Source of the DNA: Alphaproteobacteria bacterium
Lineage (GTDB): Bacteria; Pseudomonadota; Alphaproteobacteria; GCA-2731375
Assembly: GCA_965232515.1 (NCBI GenBank)
Contig: CBDDPY010000002.1
Location: 4,448,001-4,512,000, forward strand
DNA: 64,000 nucleotides
Direction: 5' to 3'
Of the stretch, positions 28,307 to 35,570 are shown piece after piece (the first letter of the stretch is position 1; each line of letters opens with the position of its first letter). Both the position numbers and the translations under genes were made by a program. Below the pieces are notes generated by a model. The model worked only from the letters and a program-made list of their open reading frames with translations, was not told the origin of the DNA and made no database searches.

Positions 28307-28666
28307 ATGGAGCGCGAACAGGTAGAGAAAGAACTCCAGACGCTCCTTGACGACTTGGCGGCACTTCGAACATCCGCTGACAGTGAAATTACTGAAGCAT
28401 TTGTGAATTGGCATAATCGACTCTCTACACTGATTAAGGCGAGATACGGCGAACAGTCGTCTGTATATGAAGATTTTGCTGCCATTGATATTGAGGCACC
28501 GCCGGAGCTACTCGACCGGGCCCAGCAGGCAATAGGTCCGCTCGTCGACGCGGTAAGCGAGAAAACTGCATCAGAAATTACGAATGATGCGGCTCAAACG
28601 TTTCGCGACAAACGTCTGCAAGACTACGAAGAATTCATTCGAGGACTCCTTATTACGCTACGATAA
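28307..28666 (+). CDS. Hypothetical acidic helical protein
   Basis: ATG 25 bp after the purM stop, same low-GC composition; F..W......I...YG..S..Y..F pattern. Confidence 0.6.
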   Translation: MEREQVEKELQTLLDDLAALRTSADSEITEAFVNWHNRLSTLIKARYGEQSSVYEDFAAIDIEAPPELLDRAQQAIGPLVDAVSEKTASEITNDAAQTFRDKRLQDYEEFIRGLLITLR

Positions 28667-28872
28667 TCGGCACATGGCCGCCTTTTGACCACGATTGCCT
28701 GATTGATAGTGCCGACGCGGCCCCGAAGCGCCACCCCGTGTCATCACGAACGTCCGCAACTGCGTAGAAAATGTGGAGGAGTATGCACCTAATGGATGCA
28801 TACTCGACATAGTTGCTGTATGCTAATCGATCACTACCACGGTGCTGGGGGCCACGAAGGAGACAAAGCGCC

Positions 28873-29253
28873 ATGAAACTGCTGCTTCGACGCGATCAAA
28901 AGAAAGGCCTCATTGGCGGCAAGGTGACGTTTACGCTTGATGCGCGGGCGGATCTATCCGAGGACGAGCAGGACCGCATCAGGACGTACAAGATGGGCGA
29001 GACGCTGCTCTACACCAAGTACGAGGTGACCGACAAAGGCAGCGGGCTCCTCGGCATGGCCGGACGACTGGCGTTCAAGGCCATGAATGTGTCGGTCACG
29101 GTCAACGATCTGGTCAAAGGCAAGCACATCGAATGCAAGGACATCGTCGAGATGTGCGCCGTCGAAGAGCAGATCGTGGAGGCTAGCAAGACCTTCAAGG
29201 AGGTGCTCGAAGCGGCGTCAACGTTCGGCGGCGAACAGATCGTCGAACTCTAG
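28873..29253 (+). CDS. Hypothetical protein upstream of the coupling-type ATPase
   Basis: AAGGAG RBS, strong codon bias, 9 bp from the next gene. Confidence 0.75.
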   Translation: MKLLLRRDQKKGLIGGKVTFTLDARADLSEDEQDRIRTYKMGETLLYTKYEVTDKGSGLLGMAGRLAFKAMNVSVTVNDLVKGKHIECKDIVEMCAVEEQIVEASKTFKEVLEAASTFGGEQIVEL

Positions 29254-29262
29254 GTTTGTGCC

Positions 29263-32169
29263 GTGCCGGGCCGCACGGACGACGTGTTTGATGATTTTGT
29301 GCGGCTCTTTGTCGGCCTCACAGTCGGGGCGGTCGCGCTCCTGTTATTCGCACTCCGACCCGTCGTTTTTGTTGTCGGCCTCGTCTCGAAACCGCTGGCG
29401 GCCCGCCTCACGTACCATCTTCGGCCGTCGTTCTCACGCAAAGAAGTGCGGGAAACGCACGCGCTCTTGAACGAGGCAGCCGCTGCCTACCAGGCCTCCT
29501 TCCTCGCAGAGCAACCGCCTGACGATCTCCTCGCCGACATCCTTGTTGAGATCCGCGCTCGTTGCGACGAGCCACAACCATCGAACGATATTCTGCTTAG
29601 TTTTGCCGATGTCATCTACGGGCTCATGATGGAAGAGGGCTGGTGGGAGCTCCCGGCAATCGACGGAGAGCTCGAACGCACGCTCGAGGAGGGCATGCAC
29701 CTTCGCAACCATCTGCGGCATCAGAAACGCTTGTTCACGGAAGCGCCGGACCTCTTCGAGGTGTGGTCGGAGAAGCTCATTCGGATCGGGGTCGGGTTAC
29801 TGGCGTACCTGCCGAACGAGGGAGAGAGCAGTGATGACGAAGACGGGACAGCGTCGCACCTCTCCGTTCCGCTCGTTGATCTTGCGGACAATCCAGCGGA
29901 GATGATTGAACGCCTCGTCGTTACGTTCTTTGACGACGATGTGACGGACACGGGCTTGTTCGCCGACATGCGTACCCGGCTCGATGCCAATGCGCTCATC
30001 GCATCCGGCATTGATCCAACGGAGCGTCATCGATCAACCAAACGCATCCAATTGCCGACCGATTTGCATAAAACGCCGCCCACGGATCTTGTGCACACGT
30101 ACCTGCGCGCAACGGCGTTTGAGCACTTCTTCCTTACGGACGTCGCCTTTGAACTGCCTCCGTCAGTGCTGTTTGAGCATGCCCTCGTACTCGGCGGCAC
30201 GGGCCACGGGAAGACAACCTTTCTGAAGTCACAGATCCACACGCATTTGGTAGAGGCCCTGAACACGCCCTGCTCCATCGTGGTGATCGATAGCCAGGGC
30301 GACCTCATCAACACCATTGCTCACCTGTCACTGTTCAGCCCGCACGCAGAGAACAACCTCTCGGACAGGTTCCTGCTCATTGATCCCAACGACGTCGAGC
30401 ATCCGATCTCGCTCAACATGTTCGACATCAACGTCAAGCGCCTCAAGGGCTACTCGGCGCTTGAGCGCGAGCGCGTCCTCAACGGCGCCATCGACATGTA
30501 TGAGTACCTCTTTGGGGCGCTGCTCGGTGCTGAACTGACGCAAAAGCAGGGCGTGGTGTTTCGCTACCTCGCGCGGCTCATGCTTGCGATCCCGCAGGCG
30601 AACATCCAAACCCTGCGTGAGGTTCTAGAAGACGGACGCCCGTACAAGCCCTACATGGCGGAGCTTACCGGTTCGTCACGAAAATTCTTTGAAACCCAGT
30701 TCTTTCATCCCTCGTTCAACGCCACCAAGACCCAGATGCTTCGTCGCCTTTGGGGCGTGCTCGCGAACCCGACGTTTGAGCGCATGTTCTCAAGCCCGGT
30801 GAACAAGGTCGACCTGTTTGACGCGATGAACGAAGGCAAGATCATCCTCATCAACACAGCGAAGGACTTATTGAAGCAAGAGGGCTGTGAAATCCTCGGC
30901 CGGTTTTTCATCGCGATGATCGCGCAGGCCGCCATGCAGCGTTCGGTCCTGCCGAAAGCCGAGCGGACCAACACGTACGTCTTTGTGGATGAGGCGCACG
31001 AATACTTTGACGAACGGCTTGAGACCATCCTCAACCAAGCCCGCAAGTACAATGTCGGCATCACGCTGTGCGCGCAGAACCTAGGGCAATTCCCGAGCGG
31101 TCTTGAACAAACGGTCATGTCATCAACAACGACGAAGTTCGCCGGTGGCGTCAGTTCGAGAGACGCGCGCGTATTGGCGCCTGAGATGCGGACTGAATCC
31201 GAGTTCCTGCAGTCGATGCGCAAGCGTACCGGCGAAACAGAGTTTGCCTGCTACATCCGCAACGTAACACCACGTGCCATCCGGGTCGGGATTCCACTTG
31301 GCGCGGTTGACGACCTCCCGACAGTCGAGGCTGCCGAGTTTGATGAGCTCCTCGAGCAGAACCGCAGGCGCTACTGCATGTCTGCAGACGAAATCGAACG
31401 TGCAATGCACGAACCACGTCTGACAATCGTTGAGGACGAGGAGCTTGCAACTCCCGACGACGAAGACCACACGGTTTCGCCGCTCGGTAGCGACGAAGAA
31501 CAGCCCGACGCAGCGGAGTCTGAGGCGGCAACACCGGCGCCCCCCGGCGAGGACGCAGAGCGCCGCATTCAAGATTCACTCGAGGCCTCTGATCGGGAAC
31601 CCGTCCACAAACGCCGGCCTGTTCTGAAAACGCCGCGGCCACAGGGCAAGGGCGGTCGAAAGCACCAGATGCTTCAACAAGAACTGCACCAGGCTGCCCA
31701 GGCGCGCGGCTACTACAGTGTGATCGAAAAGCGAATCGGCGGGACGACTGAAAGTGTTGACGTCGCCTTGGAGCGCGGCGGCTATACCATTGCGTGTGAG
31801 GTGTCGGTCACCACGGCGCCCGAACACGAGCAGAAGAATGTGGCCAAGTGCCTTGCCGCCGGCTTCCACGAAGTGCTGGTGATCTCGTCAAACAAGAAGC
31901 ACTTGCAGCGGCTCCGACGCCACATTTCCGAGAGTCTCAGCGAGGACGAGCGCTCGCGCGTCTTGTTCCTTGCGCCCCTTGAGGTGCTGCCGCATCTTGA
32001 CGAAATCGAGGCGCTCCAGAATGAAAAAGAAGAGACGGTGCTCGGGTACAAAGTGCGCGTCTCGCACGCGCGAAAAGAGGGAGCGGATGCGGCAGCCCGT
32101 AAGCGAGCGCTTGCTGATGTCATTGTCGGATCAATGAGGGCCGGCACCAATGATACGTCGCCCACCTAG
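29263..32169 (+). CDS. Membrane-anchored VirD4/TraD-like ATPase with acidic linker and C-terminal PD-(D/E)xK-like domain
   Basis: N-terminal hydrophobic helices; Walker A LGGTGHGKT; IDSQGD; Walker B VFVDEAH; ARKY; C-terminal H...IEK...VDVALE...IACEVS. Confidence 0.82.
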   Translation: MPGRTDDVFDDFVRLFVGLTVGAVALLLFALRPVVFVVGLVSKPLAARLTYHLRPSFSRKEVRETHALLNEAAAAYQASFLAEQPPDDLLADILVEIRARCDEPQPSNDILLSFADVIYGLMMEEGWWELPAIDGELERTLEEGMHLRNHLRHQKRLFTEAPDLFEVWSEKLIRIGVGLLAYLPNEGESSDDEDGTASHLSVPLVDLADNPAEMIERLVVTFFDDDVTDTGLFADMRTRLDANALIASGIDPTERHRSTKRIQLPTDLHKTPPTDLVHTYLRATAFEHFFLTDVAFELPPSVLFEHALVLGGTGHGKTTFLKSQIHTHLVEALNTPCSIVVIDSQGDLINTIAHLSLFSPHAENNLSDRFLLIDPNDVEHPISLNMFDINVKRLKGYSALERERVLNGAIDMYEYLFGALLGAELTQKQGVVFRYLARLMLAIPQANIQTLREVLEDGRPYKPYMAELTGSSRKFFETQFFHPSFNATKTQMLRRLWGVLANPTFERMFSSPVNKVDLFDAMNEGKIILINTAKDLLKQEGCEILGRFFIAMIAQAAMQRSVLPKAERTNTYVFVDEAHEYFDERLETILNQARKYNVGITLCAQNLGQFPSGLEQTVMSSTTTKFAGGVSSRDARVLAPEMRTESEFLQSMRKRTGETEFACYIRNVTPRAIRVGIPLGAVDDLPTVEAAEFDELLEQNRRRYCMSADEIERAMHEPRLTIVEDEELATPDDEDHTVSPLGSDEEQPDAAESEAATPAPPGEDAERRIQDSLEASDREPVHKRRPVLKTPRPQGKGGRKHQMLQQELHQAAQARGYYSVIEKRIGGTTESVDVALERGGYTIACEVSVTTAPEHEQKNVAKCLAAGFHEVLVISSNKKHLQRLRRHISESLSEDERSRVLFLAPLEVLPHLDEIEALQNEKEETVLGYKVRVSHARKEGADAAARKRALADVIVGSMRAGTNDTSPT

Positions 32170-32297
32170 GCGCAATGGGCAAGACCAGAGTGACTTTGCG
32201 AAATCCCTTGATCGTTCCACGACCAAAAGCACGTTTCGCATTTATCTGTTCGACAAACCCGAGTAACGACAATTCGTGGGTAAATTCGCTGATTTCC

Positions 32298-32981
32298 TTA
32301 TGGACGTGGTATCGCCTGTCCATCTGAAAAGTCATAAATCGAATAAATGCGTTCGCCATTCCACTGATATGCAAGGTGCCTTTCTTGACGGCAATTGCTC
32401 AAGACCGACGGCCGAAAAACCGCAATGTTCGTGCTATCGAACGCAATTGATCCATCAAAGATAACGCCAAATGAACCGCGTTCCCTCAGTTCCTGTCCGA
32501 TTTCTTGGGTGGCCTGCGTATCGGCGAGCAGTGCGCTTCGAGGACCTCGCAGATCATGCAGAGGACCGCTGAGATCCATGTTCAAAACCCGCATTTGAAG
32601 CGTCATGGATGCTTCATCGGTGCTGCGGAGGAAGTCTTCGCGTCGGCGCACTGACCATTCAAGAGCGGCAGCAAATGTCGGAGCCGCGAAGCACACGCCA
32701 AATGTGCCATCGGTAAAGTAGTCGCCGTTCGGATCAGGATGCGTGAATGGCGCCATAATGAGTGACGATCCCGGACCAGTCACAAGATCATCCGGCCGCA
32801 CATAGTTCACCTGCCGCTCGGATTGCCGCACGCGCTCGTTGGTGCGCGTCTCTATGTCTGCCAGGATTTCCCAATCGTCGGGAGGCGCGATTCGCTTGAA
32901 GAGATCGGCCGGTGGATATCGTGACGGGATAATGCGCCAGCATGGCCGGTAGGAGATTTCAGTAACGGGTATGACCGACAC
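32298..32981 (-). CDS. RES-family (NAD+ phosphorylase-type) toxin, possibly degenerate
   Basis: RIIPSRYPP, GPGSSLIMAPFTH, LHDLRG, FRP, RHLAYQW; follows an Xre antitoxin with a 2-bp gap. Confidence 0.85.
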   Translation of the reverse strand: MSVIPVTEISYRPCWRIIPSRYPPADLFKRIAPPDDWEILADIETRTNERVRQSERQVNYVRPDDLVTGPGSSLIMAPFTHPDPNGDYFTDGTFGVCFAAPTFAAALEWSVRRREDFLRSTDEASMTLQMRVLNMDLSGPLHDLRGPRSALLADTQATQEIGQELRERGSFGVIFDGSIAFDSTNIAVFRPSVLSNCRQERHLAYQWNGERIYSIYDFSDGQAIPRP

Positions 32982-32983
32982 CG

Positions 32984-33415
32984 TTATCCTCCACGCTGTG
33001 CATCCAGGTAGCTGCGAACGACAAAGAGATCGGACATGCCACCTGCGAGCATTCGATCGAGAGCCGATTGCCCGTTGAAGATTGACGCACTATTCGGCTT
33101 TCGTGCCCACGCATCTGCTACATCAGCGTCCGGAAATAGAATTTCAAGTGCTCTAAATATACCTAAGAGATAAGAGATCCGGTCAAGGGTGTCTTTGGAG
33201 AGCTGTCCACCTTCCTTTTTCCATTTAAAAAATGTCGACCGGGCGGGTTGTCCAAGAAGTGTCATTTGCTCCTCCGTATTGAGGTTCCACGCTGCGGCAA
33301 TGCCGAAAAACGCCCGAAGGGCGACATCTGATTGCGTATGCGGCTGGGTCGGTGCGGAAGCACTACGGGGCATCCCCGTGTCAGATTCTGATTTCATGTG
33401 GTCTCCCTCGTCCAT
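32984..33415 (-). CDS. Xre/MbcA/ParS-family antitoxin
   Basis: ALRAFFGIAAAW.L...Q..LLG..RSTFFKWK HTH; RISYLLGI; W...PN...FNGQSALDRM; YLDAQRG. Confidence 0.9.
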   Translation of the reverse strand: MDEGDHMKSESDTGMPRSASAPTQPHTQSDVALRAFFGIAAAWNLNTEEQMTLLGQPARSTFFKWKKEGGQLSKDTLDRISYLLGIFRALEILFPDADVADAWARKPNSASIFNGQSALDRMLAGGMSDLFVVRSYLDAQRGG

Positions 33416-33536
33416 AATCGAACTTGACGTCCAGTTTTAGTTCGCATATAGACTATCTTGAGTAGTCCAGAATCGGACTATCGGCGAGCATAAGTCTGGA
33501 TGTGCGAGCCTGCAACCTGAACAAATGGAGTCCGCT

Positions 33537-33797
33537 ATGGCAGACCGCCCGGTAAGAAAAACCCACAAGGATCGTGATGGCGACATTCTTGCGCTGTGCA
33601 ACGACGGCTCAGGCTGGTCGCCACGTCAGAAGGCCGATGCAATTCGCGACATCGAATCCCGCACGCACACCTATCACGTGCCGTGGAAAGATGGGCGCAC
33701 TGAGATCCGGGTCGTAAACGGCCCGACGGGGAAATACCTCCGAACGGATCGCGATAATACGGAACGCAACAACCTTGATGATCTTCCTGACTGCTGA
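33537..33797 (+). CDS. DUF3892-like small protein
   Basis: AI.DIE....Y.V, V.VV, GKYLRT..D....NNL..LP.C pattern. Confidence 0.7.
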   Translation: MADRPVRKTHKDRDGDILALCNDGSGWSPRQKADAIRDIESRTHTYHVPWKDGRTEIRVVNGPTGKYLRTDRDNTERNNLDDLPDC

Positions 33798-33831
33798 TGG
33801 CAGCGTTGATCGCCACATTGGAGAACAGACC

Positions 33832-34080
33832 ATGAGCAAAGATCGAGACCGGACCGTGTACCGCCGTTCAGATGGCGCGTGGGCCAACAAGCGCAACGAT
33901 GCAAGCCGAGCGTCAAGCGTCCATAACACCCAGCGCGAGGCCATCGATGCAGCGCACGGCATGCTGGGAAACCAAGGCGGCGGCGAGCTCACAACCAAGG
34001 GGCTCGACGGTCGGATACGAAGCAAAGACACCATAGCGCCTGGCAACGATCCGAATCCGCCGACGGATACGGAGCACTAG
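33832..34080 (+). CDS. DUF2188-like small protein
   Basis: V.RR.DG.W..K....RAS.VH.TQ.EAI..A, GEL...G.DGRIR.KDT...GNDP.PP; GGAG RBS. Confidence 0.8.
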   Translation: MSKDRDRTVYRRSDGAWANKRNDASRASSVHNTQREAIDAAHGMLGNQGGGELTTKGLDGRIRSKDTIAPGNDPNPPTDTEH

Positions 34081-34121
34081 ACGACGTGATTGGCCGATAC
34101 TAGACGACGTGATTGGCCGAT
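34076..34121. repeat. Perfect 23-bp tandem duplication (actagacgacgtgattggccgat x2)
   Basis: Copies at 34076-34098 and 34099-34121, read directly. Confidence 0.95.
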
Positions 34122-34153
34122 AACGGTTTGGAATCAATTCTATACGGTGTCGC

Positions 34154-34606
34154 ATGCCAAATCGCACAGTCCATGATCGAGTCGGAGCTGTCGTCGGCGG
34201 GTTCGCTGCCTACCATTTCGCGTCGGAACAGGAGTCACACCACCGCATGGCCGAGATAGCCGGTGGTGTGCTCGGCGGGTTCGCAGGAAGCCGCCTACCG
34301 GATATCATTGATCCTTCGACACACCCCGGACACCGCAGCCTCGGACACGGTGTGTTGCCGGTCGGGGGCGCCGTTTCGATCGGTGTGCACTACCTCGATT
34401 GGCTCCAGCAGGAACTTCGGACAATTGCGGATGATCATGCGGACGCGGGTCAACGTGCCTCGTCCGAAGGTGTGGCCGCGCTCTACACTATCATCTCACT
34501 CCTGTGCCGATTGCTGGCTGGCGCCGCTGCTGGTGCGATCGCGGGCTATGCGTCGCATCTTCTCCTTGACGCGACTACACACCGCGGACTCCCGCTCATC
34601 AGGTGA
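34154..34606 (+). CDS. Membrane-bound metal-dependent hydrolase (YdjM/LexA-binding inner-membrane hydrolase-like)
   Basis: N-terminal H, GSRLPDIID, HRSLGH, YASHLLLDATT..GLP. Confidence 0.75.
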   Translation: MPNRTVHDRVGAVVGGFAAYHFASEQESHHRMAEIAGGVLGGFAGSRLPDIIDPSTHPGHRSLGHGVLPVGGAVSIGVHYLDWLQQELRTIADDHADAGQRASSEGVAALYTIISLLCRLLAGAAAGAIAGYASHLLLDATTHRGLPLIR

Positions 34607-35086
34607 TCCACACGCACGACGGCTACGAGCTATCCCCTGAGCCACATCATCTCGCGCAACGCCCAGTACTGATGCGAGCAGGCGTGCCCATCTGCCTTTC
34701 GGCGTAGTGGTGCCGCGTTCCCAGTTTCTGAGCGTTGCCTCGTCAATGCCAAGCTCTGTGCCCAGACGTTTTCTGGAGAGACCACGCAACCGGCGGCATT
34801 TGAGCAATCGTCCTCCGATGGATTGCGGCTCAGAAAACGGGTAGTACCCGATGAACGAAATCAGCCGCGGCATGAAGCGTGCGGCTGGCGCTGTCTTGTT
34901 CTTCTCCCAGTTGCCGATGGTCCATTCGTCGACATGCAAGCGGTCTGCAACATCCTTCTGGTATAGCCCTAAATCAAGCCGCCGCTTCTTAAGGTGGTCG
35001 CCGATGGTGGTGAGTTTAGTCGGGTATGGGGTAGGTTTTCCGCAGATAAGCGTGATTCTGCAAAATGGTAGGAAAGCAATGCCTCT
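34496..35086 (-). CDS. Tandem Xre/Cro-C1 HTH regulator; reading frame is open across the attachment junction, no start codon inside the element
   Basis: IGDHLKKRRLDLGLYQKDVADRLHVDEWTIGNWEK and GGRLLKCRRLRGLSRKRLGTELGIDEATLRNWERG; no ATG/GTG/TTG between 35086 and the first HTH. Confidence 0.78.
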   Translation of the reverse strand, partial: RGIAFLPFCRITLICGKPTPYPTKLTTIGDHLKKRRLDLGLYQKDVADRLHVDEWTIGNWEKNKTAPAARFMPRLISFIGYYPFSEPQSIGGRLLKCRRLRGLSRKRLGTELGIDEATLRNWERGTTTPKGRWARLLASVLGVARDDVAQGIARSRRACGSPDERESAVCSRVKEKMRRIARDRTSSGASQQSAQE

Positions 35087-35087
35087 C

Positions 35088-35570
35088 TGCCGCTGCGGGC
35101 ATCTCGACGATCCGGCGCTGGCCTGCAACCGGGCGCCGCGCTGCGCCCGGGAATACCAGTCGAAGATCTCCGGCCCGCTGTTCGACCGCATCGACCTGCA
35201 TGTCGACGTGCCGGCCGTCAGCGCCGCCGATCTGACCCTGCCGCCGCCGGCCGAAGGCACGGCGGAAATCGCCGCCCGCGTCGCCACCGCCCGCCAGATC
35301 CAGGCCGACCGCTACGCGCGACTCGCCGGCGGCAGGATCCGCATCAACGCCCATCTCGACGGCGACCTCCTGGAACGTGTCGCCAGCCCCGACGACGCCG
35401 GCCGTCAACTGCTGGCGGAAGCCACCGACGCCATGCGCCTCTCGGCCCGCGGCTACCACCGCGTCCTGCGCGTCGCCCGCACGCTCGCCGACATGGAAGC
35501 CACCGACGCCGTCCGCCGCCCCCACATCGCCGAAGCGCTCAGCTACCGCCGCATTCAGTTGCCGGCTTAG
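35088..35570 (+). pseudogene. comM: 3' fragment of comM/yifB (Mg-chelatase-like AAA+ competence ATPase) interrupted by the element
   Basis: CRCGHL...YQSKISGPLFDRIDLHV...LSARGYHRVLRVARTLAD...HIAEALSYR; upstream sequence is element DNA; GC jumps here. Confidence 0.93.

Larger units (their letters stand above)
1..35087. mobile_element. Integrative element/genomic island inserted in comM (right part; left end lies before the window)
   Basis: Contains a serine recombinase, ParB, coupling-type ATPases, a TA module and defence-like cargo. Visibly lower GC and different codon usage than DNA after ~35088. Abuts a 5'-truncated comM at the CxCG motif. Confidence 0.88.

Noticed and set aside
34076-34121. 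23-bp repeat as a possible CRISPR array
   Set aside because: Only two adjacent copies, no spacer and no cas genes.
34851-35078. N-terminal 76 aa of the 239-aa ORF that ends in ComM sequence
   Set aside because: It is the antisense of the HTH gene inside the element and is not ComM-like; not a real fusion domain.
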